From a virus (lineage: Duplodnaviria > Heunggongvirae > Uroviricota > Caudoviricetes): a stretch of 64,000 bases of DNA. Positions within the stretch are counted from its first letter, which is position 1, and each line of letters begins with the position of its first letter. The stretch is from the IMG/VR virus record IMGVR_UViG_3300010357_001332; one strand, written 5' to 3'. The notes under the pieces were generated by a model. That model was not told the origin of the DNA. It searched no databases and worked only from the letters and a program-made list of their open reading frames with translations. Both the position numbers and the translations under genes were made by a program. Positions 8,400 to 17,186 of this stretch are shown here, in pieces.

Positions 8400-8428
8400 A
8401 TAATAAAAATATCGAAAATAAAAAACTA
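8400..8428 (-). promoter_or_regulatory. phage promoter TAGTTT-N17-TATTAT
   Basis: Exact match to the motif repeated at 20130, 21228, 22140, 22220. Confidence 0.7.
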
Positions 8429-8439
8429 GCACTAAAAAA

Positions 8440-8658
8440 TTATCGTCTTATTATTCTTATATAACCTTCTCTAAGAAATTGTCTAAAAGTAGTAGTATAT
8501 ACAGATTGATTTGCCCTATCGTTAGATATTTCTATCCAGATATTATCATGTAAATGATCATCTACGTGTCTAACTCTAACTTCATATTCTCCTTCATTTA
8601 AATCGCAGTTACAATCGTTTTCTTTTCCTTTTATTTCTTTTATAACTTGTATAATCAT
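8440..8658 (-). CDS. small hypothetical, family A
   Basis: TFRQFLREGYIRII. Confidence 0.75.
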   Translation of the reverse strand: MIIQVIKEIKGKENDCNCDLNEGEYEVRVRHVDDHLHDNIWIEISNDRANQSVYTTTFRQFLREGYIRIIRR

Positions 8659-8660
8659 AA

Positions 8661-8954
8661 TTAGTTCTTCATTATTTTGTTAAAATTATCTGCCGTGATC
8701 CAGCAATCTTTACCATGTTGTTCTTTAGCTAGTAAAAAGATATAAGTTGCATGAGCTAGAGTACTTTTATCTACTTCTTTCTCAAGAAACTTTCTTTGAT
8801 TTCTTAAGCCGCATTTAGCTAGTTTACTATCTGAATATTTCATAGCACAGAGTTCTGATCTACATGAAGAACCGGGTTCACCACAAAATAAGTCCCTACC
8901 TTCTGAAACCCAGTTTAATGCAATTCTAATTTTATTGTAAAGATTTGTATCCAT
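8661..8954 (-). CDS. Cys-rich family D protein
   Basis: IRIALN..CGEPGSSC..C..WITA. Confidence 0.75.
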   Translation of the reverse strand: MDTNLYNKIRIALNWVSEGRDLFCGEPGSSCRSELCAMKYSDSKLAKCGLRNQRKFLEKEVDKSTLAHATYIFLLAKEQHGKDCWITADNFNKIMKN

Positions 8955-8956
8955 AG

Positions 8957-9271
8957 TTAAATATCACTATTAATAATCTTAGATTTAAATTCTTTTGCTG
9001 TAATCCATAGTTCATGGTCTGTTGAAAAGAATTCTTTCTTTATCCCATATAACTTAAGAAATCTTATTGTTAGTTCTCGTAATTCTTTTTTATTTGATAA
9101 CTGATTCAAATAGTGTTCTGCACTTGCTTTACGTAATAGACAAGAAGCTCGTTGGCGGCGAAAGTTACATCTATATGCAGTACAATTTTCTCCTGGTTCA
9201 TAGCACTGATCATCTCTTTGACAAGCAAGTGCGTTTAGAGCTATTCGAATAGTGTTTAGTTTCTTTTTCAT
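8957..9271 (-). CDS. Cys-rich family D protein
   Basis: IRIALN..CYEPGENC..C..WITA. Confidence 0.75.
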   Translation of the reverse strand: MKKKLNTIRIALNALACQRDDQCYEPGENCTAYRCNFRRQRASCLLRKASAEHYLNQLSNKKELRELTIRFLKLYGIKKEFFSTDHELWITAKEFKSKIINSDI

Positions 9272-9564
9272 ATTCCTAGTAATTCAAATTCAGCAACCCA
9301 GTAATCTTTTAATCCAGAATGTTTTTGTAATACCTGTAAATATTTAAAGGTAACTTTAAATAAATCTTCTTTAGAAATACTTTCTAAATATTGTATTATG
9401 TTTCTTCTGGAAACAGTAGAACAAATTGAAATAAAAGCGCAAGTATTGCTACTACAAGAATCACCGGGTTCTATACACACACATGTTCTTTCTGAATTTC
9501 TATTAACAGAATACGATAATAAATTAAGAGCAATTCGAATAGAATTTTTAGTTTTATTATTCAT
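9268..9564 (-). CDS. Cys-rich family D protein
   Basis: IRIALN..CIEPGDSC..C..WVA. Confidence 0.75.
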   Translation of the reverse strand: MNNKTKNSIRIALNLLSYSVNRNSERTCVCIEPGDSCSSNTCAFISICSTVSRRNIIQYLESISKEDLFKVTFKYLQVLQKHSGLKDYWVAEFELLGI

Positions 9565-9848
9565 TATTTTATTCTTGTAATTGTATAATATCTCCTATTT
9601 TGAATTAGCTTAACATATCCTATTTTATCCATCATGAGCAAGAATCTCTTCCATCTATCGGAATATTCTGTAATTGTATTTTGCCTATAACACTCTTTAG
9701 TATATTTTTTATGACAATCTATAAGAAGAGAATCTGTATGGATAAGGTTTTTAAGTTCGTTTGAAGTATACGCTCTTCCAATCTCCATTTTTGAGGCAAG
9801 AAATATAGCAAGCATCTTTCTATATTTTTCTCGATCTATATGTGACAT
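9564..9848 (-). CDS. hypothetical, possible winged helix
   Basis: GRAYTSNEL..LMMDKIGYVKL pattern. Confidence 0.55.
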   Translation of the reverse strand: MSHIDREKYRKMLAIFLASKMEIGRAYTSNELKNLIHTDSLLIDCHKKYTKECYRQNTITEYSDRWKRFLLMMDKIGYVKLIQNRRYYTITRIK

Positions 9849-9850
9849 AA

Positions 9851-10105
9851 TTACCCCTCTATTATTTTACAAATTCCTTGTCTTAAATATTCTTTAAATC
9901 TCTTAGGAGAAAGAGCTCTACTTCTGGAATAGTCTTCTTCTTCATCTAACATTAAGCAATTATACACAGAAGATTTAGCTGATCCAGGATTGTGTTGTCT
10001 ATACTCAGGGTTCTTTTCATTCCAAATACTAACTATATATATAACACCCTTTCGAATATGATTGTTTTTTTCAGATTTAATATTTTCTGTAAATATAATT
10101 TTCAT
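9851..10105 (-). CDS. small hypothetical, family A
   Basis: RFKEYLRQGICKII. Confidence 0.75.
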   Translation of the reverse strand: MKIIFTENIKSEKNNHIRKGVIYIVSIWNEKNPEYRQHNPGSAKSSVYNCLMLDEEEDYSRSRALSPKRFKEYLRQGICKIIEG

Positions 10106-10109
10106 ATTA

Positions 10110-10199
10110 TTAATCATTCCTGTTTCTATAGAAGATAGAAAGAAAAATCATAAGGATTACTGCTAAACCAAGATCCAATAATTCTCTAATCTTTTTCAT
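10110..10199 (-). CDS. 29-aa hydrophobic micro-protein
   Basis: AAGGAG RBS; MKKIRELLDLGLAVILMIFLSIFYRNRND. Confidence 0.55.
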   Translation of the reverse strand: MKKIRELLDLGLAVILMIFLSIFYRNRND

Positions 10200-10240
10200 A
10201 GTAGCTCTCCTTATTATTTTCAAGTTCATTAAGAACGAAT

Positions 10241-10504
10241 TTATTCTTCAATTCTTATATAGCCGTATCTCAATAATAGTCTGAAATCATATTCTGTTAT
10301 ATCCTGATGATAACAAGCTCTATCTTCTGTATCAGTTAATCTAAGTAACTCTTTTCCTTTACATGGTGGGATACAACTTTTATCTACTGTCTTATATAAA
10401 ACTCTTATTTTATAAGTTTTATCTTTATCAAAACAACACTGATAATCAAAACCAAGATTAGCAGATTTTTGAAAAGATAAATTTTCTAAAAATTTAACTA
10501 TCAT
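10241..10504 (-). CDS. small hypothetical, family A
   Basis: DFRLLLRYGYIRIE. Confidence 0.75.
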   Translation of the reverse strand: MIVKFLENLSFQKSANLGFDYQCCFDKDKTYKIRVLYKTVDKSCIPPCKGKELLRLTDTEDRACYHQDITEYDFRLLLRYGYIRIEE

Positions 10505-10736
10505 ATTCCTTTATAATTTTAAAGTATCCTTTTCTGTACCAGTCTCGAAAATTTTTAATAGATATAAATCTACCCTTATTAGTATCAGAAAAAATATACA
10601 AATTACCTATCATGTTTTTATTACCAGATTTTTCAAAGTCCTCTTCTGTCCAAATAGTAACTTTATAATATCCTTGTGTTTCGATAGGACCATCTAATAG
10701 ACTGCGAAGATCTTGTTTAAGAAATTTTATTTTCAT
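10494..10736 (-). CDS. small hypothetical, family A
   Basis: NFRDWYRKGYFKII. Confidence 0.75.
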   Translation of the reverse strand: MKIKFLKQDLRSLLDGPIETQGYYKVTIWTEEDFEKSGNKNMIGNLYIFSDTNKGRFISIKNFRDWYRKGYFKIIKEYDS

Positions 10737-10739
10737 AGA

Positions 10740-10958
10740 TTAATAACATTCGATAGTATCGTAGCATCCATAGATATTACAATAGGTATTATGATAGCAG
10801 CAAGTAGCATTGATACAATATTCTAATATCTGATGCTCCAGTTGATATTGTAAAAGATTAAAAAGAATATAATCTTTATTGCAACATGGATCTTGATAGT
10901 GATAACATCCTGTTAACACTATAAAAACAAAAGAAATAATTACTATAAGTTTTTTCAT
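10740..10958 (-). CDS. small Cys/Tyr-rich lipoprotein
   Basis: [18 protein letters not shown] lipobox. Confidence 0.7.
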   Translation of the reverse strand: MKKLIVIISFVFIVLTGCYHYQDPCCNKDYILFNLLQYQLEHQILEYCINATCCYHNTYCNIYGCYDTIECY

Positions 10959-10960
10959 AT

Positions 10961-11647
10961 TTACCATCCAAAAAATTCTGCATACATATTCATAACCTTT
11001 TGACAATCTATGATAGAAGGATGCTCAAACTGAAGATTTTCTGGCACAGTTCTAACAAACTCAGCAATTGTTTCTTCTGGGTACATCATAATGCTGGAGC
11101 TATCAAAAGGATATTTTTCTATATCATAAAATATTGGTTTTTTTGGTACAAACTGATATTGAATAATTGCTGGTAATACCTTTATATAATCAGTATCAAA
11201 ATCTAAATATAAAGAAGCATCTATTCTTTGAAATTCATGTATATCTAAACCTATTATATGTCCTAATTCATGACAAAAACCACCTACAGAAATTTCTTTA
11301 TAAGATACATCTACAAACATTTGCATATTTGTATACTGTTTGTATCCATTAATGCTTGATGCTAGAGGTGCTCCTTCGACAAAACCGTTTGGAAGACCTA
11401 TTATTCTGAGAACTCTATCTTCGTCATCCAGCGATCTTCCAGTAACATTATCAAAATAAATAACACCGTTAGTAAGAGTATTCCACATGCACATTGCCAT
11501 TACAAGATTCTTTGTTTGTGCAGGCGGCAAGGGACTTACAAACATAAAAGGAATTCTTCCTTGATTCCAAAGATAGGGATCTTTATCAGTTGCACAACCT
11601 ATGAAAATAAAAGAAAGAAGTATTATGATAAATCCTAGCTTTTTCAT
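10961..11647 (-). CDS. astacin-like (M12A) zinc metalloprotease, lipoprotein
   Basis: Lipobox FIGC; HELGHIIGLDIHEFQR.D; Met-turn DSSSIMMYP. Confidence 0.8.
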   Translation of the reverse strand: MKKLGFIIILLSFIFIGCATDKDPYLWNQGRIPFMFVSPLPPAQTKNLVMAMCMWNTLTNGVIYFDNVTGRSLDDEDRVLRIIGLPNGFVEGAPLASSINGYKQYTNMQMFVDVSYKEISVGGFCHELGHIIGLDIHEFQRIDASLYLDFDTDYIKVLPAIIQYQFVPKKPIFYDIEKYPFDSSSIMMYPEETIAEFVRTVPENLQFEHPSIIDCQKVMNMYAEFFGW

Positions 11648-11674
11648 ATTGAAGATCTCCTTTTAATATTATAG

Positions 11675-11746
11675 TTATCCTTTAGTAAAAATCCAAATAA
11701 AACCTGAAACAAGAAACACAATAAAAAATATTTGAAGAATAATCAT
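11675..11746 (-). CDS. 23-aa hydrophobic micro-protein
   Basis: AAGGAG RBS; MIILQIFFIVFLVSGFIWIFTKG. Confidence 0.55.
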   Translation of the reverse strand: MIILQIFFIVFLVSGFIWIFTKG

Positions 11747-11871
11747 TTCGATTTCTCCTTTTTATCTCTTTTGTTAATTCTTTCTCTATCTTTAAATCCA
11801 AGATAGTATCCAGAAAAAAAGATACAAAGTGCCCCACATAATATAAGAAATACAATTGGTATTGAATTCAT
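11743..11871 (-). CDS. 42-aa membrane micro-protein
   Basis: ATGA overlaps on both sides; N-terminal TM, basic tail. Confidence 0.55.
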   Translation of the reverse strand: MNSIPIVFLILCGALCIFFSGYYLGFKDRERINKRDKKEKSK

Positions 11872-12095
11872 ACTTCACTTCCTTTTTCGTCTAGAATAAT
11901 TAAATCACCTGTTCGTAGATAATAACGAAATTCTTCTGCTGTTATGGTGTAATAATCTGTATCAGTATATAGACGAATATTTTTTCCAGATAAAAGAGTA
12001 TCCTTTTTAACTTCCAAAACTTCAGGATCATCTTTATCATAGACAAAATCACCATGATAAGATCTAAAAAAATCTGTAGTTCGTTTTACTTTCAT
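11868..12095 (-). CDS. small hypothetical, family A
   Basis: EFRYYLRTGDLIIL. Confidence 0.75.
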   Translation of the reverse strand: MKVKRTTDFFRSYHGDFVYDKDDPEVLEVKKDTLLSGKNIRLYTDTDYYTITAEEFRYYLRTGDLIILDEKGSEV

Positions 12096-12344
12096 TTACT
12101 CACTCACAATAACAAAAATTCCTTTTCTAAGATAAGAACGAAACTCTTCTTTAGTAAAATACTTTACACGAAAATTACCATATTTACCATATTCTATCGG
12201 AATATGTAATGTTACTATATCGCATTTTGTGCTTTCTGAATACTCCTTTCCAATAGTAACTAGTGTTCCTTCTTTATAGTAACCTTCTATTGAGAAGTCA
12301 CCGAATATTGATTCAAATTCTGTATCTTTAATAATAATCTTCAT
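12096..12344 (-). CDS. small hypothetical, family A
   Basis: EFRSYLRKGIFVIV. Confidence 0.75.
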   Translation of the reverse strand: MKIIIKDTEFESIFGDFSIEGYYKEGTLVTIGKEYSESTKCDIVTLHIPIEYGKYGNFRVKYFTKEEFRSYLRKGIFVIVSE

Positions 12345-12706
12345 TATTCTTTTCCTTGTTTAGAGAAAGATAATTCTTTTCCTTCTCGAGCTTGCATCAT
12401 GAATTCTGCTTCCATAAACTTCAAATGCGAACGAAATTCAAGCACTTGATTTATAGTAGGTTTTTCTATTCCATACTCAATTTTAAAAATTGCAAGAATA
12501 TCTTCCATAGGAAAGTTACAATGCATCGCAAACTCATCTGTAAGAGTCTTTGTGGCAGTATGCAATCTCATTGAAGCAGATTCAGAACTCTTTTCTCTCG
12601 GTTGAAAGTTTTTATACTCTTCTTCGTCGCCACAAGATTTGCAGATTCCTTCCTCGTATGGAACAAAGACATGAACGCAATCTATACATTGTTTAGTTTC
12701 TTTCAT
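12344..12706 (-). CDS. hypothetical with N-terminal CxxC..CxxC
   Basis: CIDC..CKSC. Confidence 0.65.
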   Translation of the reverse strand: MKETKQCIDCVHVFVPYEEGICKSCGDEEEYKNFQPREKSSESASMRLHTATKTLTDEFAMHCNFPMEDILAIFKIEYGIEKPTINQVLEFRSHLKFMEAEFMMQAREGKELSFSKQGKE

Positions 12707-12907
12707 AATTCTAACTCCTTTCTCCAGATAGTTGCTTTTCTCTTTGCAGCAGAAAGAGTTAAAGCAGATTGTATTTCTTTTGTATCCCCTTTATAACAAG
12801 CGATGTTATAAAAAAGAGAATTTTCTATATGGGAGATAGTGAATAACCCATTATCCCATTCTTCTAAATCACCTATTTTGCTATATGTCCAATCTCTACG
12901 TTGCATG

Positions 12908-13120
12908 TTATTCCTCCTTACACAACTCATCACGAAACATCTTTTCGATTCTGTCTTCATATGCTTGGTAGTATTGATTATGAAATACATCTTTAAAGCT
13001 CAGTTCTCCACGAAGGCGACGAAGCATCTTTAACCAATCGTTAACTGTCATACCTGGAGAAACCAGAATACATTTGTTGGAAATACTTTCAAGTTTATTA
13101 ATAGCATCAGTTACTATCAT
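12908..13120 (-). CDS. hypothetical protein
   Basis: GGAG RBS, packed array. Confidence 0.55.
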   Translation of the reverse strand: MIVTDAINKLESISNKCILVSPGMTVNDWLKMLRRLRGELSFKDVFHNQYYQAYEDRIEKMFRDELCKEE

Positions 13121-13122
13121 AT

Positions 13123-13371
13123 CTATTCTCCTTTTGTTATAATAACTAAAGTTCCATCAAGAATATATCTTTTAAATTCTTCTGGCAAAATTAACCAACC
13201 CGTATCACCATGTTCACCTTCTTCACACAAACTAATTCGTTTATGTTTTCCTGTTAAATGTGGTGCCGGTGAAGTCTGATAAAAATATTCAACTCTAAAT
13301 ATAGTACCTGGCTGCCTAGCAAAGGAACCACATTCAGAATAGATTTCACCAATTGTATTATATACTTTCAT
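13123..13371 (-). CDS. small hypothetical, family A
   Basis: GWLILPEEFKRYILDGTLVII. Confidence 0.75.
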   Translation of the reverse strand: MKVYNTIGEIYSECGSFARQPGTIFRVEYFYQTSPAPHLTGKHKRISLCEEGEHGDTGWLILPEEFKRYILDGTLVIITKGE

Positions 13372-13573
13372 CTTCCTGTATTATTATAAGAGATTGTTCT
13401 CTTAATGCTTTTCTGAATTCATCTTTACGCATACGATATATAGTTGTGAGTGTTTTTATATGAATAAGACTGGTGGTTGAAATCGTAATAGTTCCTTCCT
13501 CACCGTGCATTTTAAACGAACCATATGAAGTGCAAGTTATTAATCTATTGTCTTTATTCCCTTTTACTCTCAT
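13358..13573 (-). CDS. small hypothetical, family A
   Basis: EFRKALREQSLIII; start moved to MRVKG. Confidence 0.7.
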   Translation of the reverse strand: MRVKGNKDNRLITCTSYGSFKMHGEEGTITISTTSLIHIKTLTTIYRMRKDEFRKALREQSLIIIQEDESI

Positions 13574-13575
13574 AG

Positions 13576-13797
13576 TTAGCATATCGATTGAGAAGTAAGT
13601 ACTACTTCGAATCTGTCTTCTGGACAATAAGCAAAAGTGCCACATTCATCAACAAGAATAAGAGAACCATCTTCTTGTAAAGCAAACCCTTCCATGTCAC
13701 AATAAATAAGATTCTTTGCCCATTCTTCTTTAAGAGCTATCTCATAAGTATCTGCTTCTTTTCCTGTAAGCTTATCTATAACATGGAAAGTAATCAT
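13576..13797 (-). CDS. hypothetical phage protein
   Basis: AGGAG RBS. Confidence 0.65.
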   Translation of the reverse strand: MITFHVIDKLTGKEADTYEIALKEEWAKNLIYCDMEGFALQEDGSLILVDECGTFAYCPEDRFEVVLTSQSIC

Positions 13798-13829
13798 TTG
13801 ATTCTCCTATATATACTTATAGTTATTTT

Positions 13830-14099
13830 CTAGCTATTTTGGTTTAAAACAATTTGTTCTTCATCATTAACAAAAAGAAACACATTCTCTTTTAAAAACT
13901 GTTTTGCTAGACGCACTTTATCCTCAGCTGTTATGTCATATCCCATACATATCTTATGACCCTTATACTTAAACATTTTTTCACAAACTTTACAAGAACA
14001 GTATGTACATGACCCACCTAGATCTATGATAGTTAAAAGTATTTCTTTTGGATCAGTTATTTCTCTTGGACTTGTTACTCTTCTATTTCTTGAAGACAT
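13830..14099 (-). CDS. Cys-rich family C protein with QIILNQ tag
   Basis: LGGSCTYCSCKVC..IC; ends DEEQIVLNQNS*. Confidence 0.75.
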   Translation of the reverse strand: MSSRNRRVTSPREITDPKEILLTIIDLGGSCTYCSCKVCEKMFKYKGHKICMGYDITAEDKVRLAKQFLKENVFLFVNDEEQIVLNQNS

Positions 14100-14115
14100 G
14101 ATTAACATCCTTTGT

Positions 14116-14343
14116 CTAGTTAGTTTGATTTAGAATAATTTGTTCCTCATCTGAGGAAGTAAGCATTGAATTAGATAAAAGCTTCTTAGCTTTTTCAACT
14201 AATATTTTACTATGTCCTATATCATAACAAAGCTTCTTCTCCCCTTCTCCGAAAGCATTATAGCAGTTTCCACAACCGATATAATTGCATGAGTTTTTCT
14301 CTACTATCTCATCAAGTATCTCTTTCTGTTTTTTAGTAAGCAT
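14116..14343 (-). CDS. Cys-rich family C protein with QIILNQ tag
   Basis: NSCNYIGCGNC..LC; ends DEEQIILNQTN*. Confidence 0.75.
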   Translation of the reverse strand: MLTKKQKEILDEIVEKNSCNYIGCGNCYNAFGEGEKKLCYDIGHSKILVEKAKKLLSNSMLTSSDEEQIILNQTN

Positions 14344-14354
14344 ATTAAAACTCC

Positions 14355-14696
14355 TTATTGTATTTCTTTGAATATTCGAGTTAAAACCCTTCTGCATGTC
14401 TTAAACTTCTTTTCTTCTTCTTTAGAAACTCGAGAACCTCTTGCACCATAAGCAATGTTATATATAAGCTCGAGAGCATCATATTCTTTCTTAGTCATTA
14501 TTTTCTCAACTTTAGTATCTCGAAGATCAGCAGTGTCATAGGATGATTCAAAAAATAATAACTCTTGTATAACTTCATCATCATACAGCTGATCAACATC
14601 GCATACATCGAATAGCATAGATCTTGCTTTATTAAATTCTTTTTCGTCTTGTATAGTAAGTTTAAAAACCTTCTTTCTCTTTGCCATTGTTTTCAT
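14355..14696 (-). CDS. hypothetical protein
   Basis: Packed ORF with RBS. Confidence 0.65.
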   Translation of the reverse strand: MKTMAKRKKVFKLTIQDEKEFNKARSMLFDVCDVDQLYDDEVIQELLFFESSYDTADLRDTKVEKIMTKKEYDALELIYNIAYGARGSRVSKEEEKKFKTCRRVLTRIFKEIQ

Positions 14697-14731
14697 CCTT
14701 CTTTCAGTTTTTCAGTGTGACCGAATTTCTT

Positions 14732-15133
14732 TCAGATTATTTCGCTTTCATGAAACTCTGAATCAAGAACATTCTTACACTTAGAACAAATGTAAAGATG
14801 TTCTCCAGGAAAACCAGAAACCCATTCTCCTTCTTGGCAACCACATTCACAAGAAGGAGGAGTATGCATGGTTTCATCTACTTCAGAAAGAAACTCAGAA
14901 AGAGTAATGGTATGATTAAACCTATCAGCAAAAGCAATAGTAATATTATCATAACCATATGTCTTTGAAGAACCAATAATCATCTCTTCTCTGAGGCCGA
15001 GATGAATTACAATGTCTTCTCCTTTATGAGTAAAAGAATATTCTGTATATCCATAAGGATCATGCTTAGGACCTTCTGTACCAGTAGTAATAGATACTGT
15101 ACCAATATTAATAAGAGTTAGATTCTTTTCCAT
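14732..15133 (-). CDS. hypothetical with C-terminal zinc ribbon
   Basis: CECG..GFPGE..CSKC. Confidence 0.7.
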   Translation of the reverse strand: MEKNLTLINIGTVSITTGTEGPKHDPYGYTEYSFTHKGEDIVIHLGLREEMIIGSSKTYGYDNITIAFADRFNHTITLSEFLSEVDETMHTPPSCECGCQEGEWVSGFPGEHLYICSKCKNVLDSEFHESEII

Positions 15134-15327
15134 TTACATTCCTCCTATTCTTAATTAAATTACATAACCATATTAATATCATAGAGAGTACCCATATACT
15201 GCTCATATGCAGACTTACCAAGATAACCATTTTGATAAAGTATAGTTATCTTATCTTTAGCTTCAGGATAAGTAAGTTTATCAGCAATGAAGTCATTAAG
15301 AATATCTCTTACTTGAATAGACATAAT

Positions 15328-15576
15328 TTAAATCTCCTTTGGATCAACTATTTTGATAGTACCATCTAAAAGAAACTTTCTAAATTTCTCCTTAGATAGA
15401 AAATAACCATCACGCCCTCCAACCCTTGAAACCACAAGCATATTAGATTGCATAGAACGTTCTCTGTGCGTCATGTAGTTTCTATGATTCTTCCAGAGCA
15501 AAATCTGCTTATTTGCATACTCTGTTCTTTGAACTCCATCTTCATCCCGAAAAGTTTTTGTAAATTTTATTATCAT
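15328..15576 (-). CDS. small hypothetical, family A (WKxH subgroup)
   Basis: LWKNH..KFRKFLLDGTIKIV; close paralog of 17832..18098. Confidence 0.75.
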   Translation of the reverse strand: MIIKFTKTFRDEDGVQRTEYANKQILLWKNHRNYMTHRERSMQSNMLVVSRVGGRDGYFLSKEKFRKFLLDGTIKIVDPKEI

Positions 15577-15646
15577 AGCATCCTTTGGTTACTATAAGTG
15601 AATTAAGTATGTACTCACTATATAAGATAGAGAGTACATAGTTAAA

Positions 15647-16078
15647 TTACTTATAAGTAATATTATTGTTCTCATCGACAGCAAAGTGACAATGATACTT
15701 ATCCGAAGATGTGTAATCTCCAGGAGTAAGTACTTTAAGATATTCTTGGGTACCGAGGCAATCACTCTTATAATAAGCAACAAGAGTACTATCAGGCAAT
15801 CGAATAAGCACTTCTCCATCTGTATTACCGCAGACATGAATAACCTCTATGGAAGCATCATTACCATCTTCTCCATCCTGACCATCTTCTCCGTTATAAA
15901 TAGTAACCGTCTGATCCCCGCACTTGAGAGTATAACCATCCTGAATCTTTGTTGCTTTACATTGCTCCATCTGAATGATTGGAAGAAGCACTTGCTTCTC
16001 CTCTGCATCGCAGGCAAAGAAAAGAAAACTCAGATTCATCAAAAGCATGAGAGAAAGAATAGATAAAGTAAACTTCAT
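15647..16078 (-). CDS. lipoprotein with short collagen-like repeat
   Basis: FFAC lipobox; NGEDGQDGEDGND. Confidence 0.7.
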   Translation of the reverse strand: MKFTLSILSLMLLMNLSFLFFACDAEEKQVLLPIIQMEQCKATKIQDGYTLKCGDQTVTIYNGEDGQDGEDGNDASIEVIHVCGNTDGEVLIRLPDSTLVAYYKSDCLGTQEYLKVLTPGDYTSSDKYHCHFAVDENNNITYK

Positions 16079-16207
16079 AAAGCACTCCTTTTGTATAGTA
16101 GTATAAAAGACCAATCTTTAGATAAGATAAAGACAATAGAAAGTCTATATACTTATAGTTATTTTCAAGGTAACTTGATTTAGAAAGAATTTGTTGCTCA
16201 TCCTTCT

Positions 16208-16420
16208 TCATGGTATAATAGTTATGATTCCTTCTCTAAGCCATTTTCTTAGATATTCAGGACCAGCAGTAAATGCAAAAGTTATTCTTATATCCTCGGG
16301 TGTAAATCTAAGTAAGAACCATTCCTTATCATTTACAGTTTGCGTTGTAGCACTAACTTTCCATACCCCACAAACTACCTCAGCTTCAATACGATAAGGT
16401 TTATTAAATTGTATTTTCAT
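16208..16420 (-). CDS. small hypothetical, family A
   Basis: YLRKWLREGIITII. Confidence 0.7.
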   Translation of the reverse strand: MKIQFNKPYRIEAEVVCGVWKVSATTQTVNDKEWFLLRFTPEDIRITFAFTAGPEYLRKWLREGIITIIP

Positions 16421-16432
16421 AATATTTATCTT

Positions 16433-16681
16433 TTAGTTAGATTGATTAAGAATTATCTGATCTGCATCAGCAAGGATACATATACCAACAGAAGAACTAG
16501 CAAGTTCAGCTAATCTTCTTTTTGCAGTATGCAATCTAGAACGTCGATCTTTTGCAATACATTCACATAAAGGTCTATCAAATAAAGCAGCAAGACAATG
16601 AGTGCAGCTAATGTTTCTACAATCACCCTCTTGTATGATAAACTTTGTAAGTATTTCTATCTTCTCTTCTTTTGAAAGCAT
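16433..16681 (-). CDS. Cys-rich family C protein with QIILNQ tag
   Basis: QEGDCRNISCTHC..LC; ends DADQIILNQSN*. Confidence 0.75.
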   Translation of the reverse strand: MLSKEEKIEILTKFIIQEGDCRNISCTHCLAALFDRPLCECIAKDRRSRLHTAKRRLAELASSSVGICILADADQIILNQSN

Positions 16682-16694
16682 ATAGCATATTCCT

Positions 16695-16925
16695 TTAGAT
16701 ATAAAGAATAGTATCAATAATAGATAACTTCTTGAGTTTAAAAGCTTTACCAAGGTGTTCATCAAAGGAACATCCTAATATAGTTTCTAACTTCTTAAGC
16801 TTAGAAGAAGAAAGAATATAAGCATCTCTCTTCTTGAAAGAATAAGCAGTATTGGGATTCTCAACATCAAAGTTCTTGCAAAAGTATCCTTTATTGCAGG
16901 TGATAAAGTAATAAGTATTCCTCAT
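16695..16925 (-). CDS. hypothetical protein
   Basis: Packed ORF. Confidence 0.55.
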   Translation of the reverse strand: MRNTYYFITCNKGYFCKNFDVENPNTAYSFKKRDAYILSSSKLKKLETILGCSFDEHLGKAFKLKKLSIIDTILYI

Positions 16926-16937
16926 AGTATTTCTCTT

Positions 16938-17180
16938 TTAGATAGATTGATTAAGAATGATAGGTGCTTCCTCATTATCAAAAGAGATAGAACCAGTGAG
17001 TTCAGCTAATCTCTTCTCAGCTAATTCCAGCCTACGAGAATGATACTTTTCTTTACAAGGACCAGGACGATCCTCATTGAATAGAGCAGGAAAACAGTGG
17101 AAACAATCAATACCGAGACATGCACCCTTTTGCTTAATGATATTTTTAAGCGTTTCTATTTTCTTTTCTTTTGAAATCAT
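16938..17180 (-). CDS. Cys-rich family C protein with QIILNQ-type tag
   Basis: QKGACLGIDCFHC..PC; ends EEAPIILNQSI*. Confidence 0.75.
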   Translation of the reverse strand: MISKEKKIETLKNIIKQKGACLGIDCFHCFPALFNEDRPGPCKEKYHSRRLELAEKRLAELTGSISFDNEEAPIILNQSI

Positions 17181-17186
17181 AAGTAA

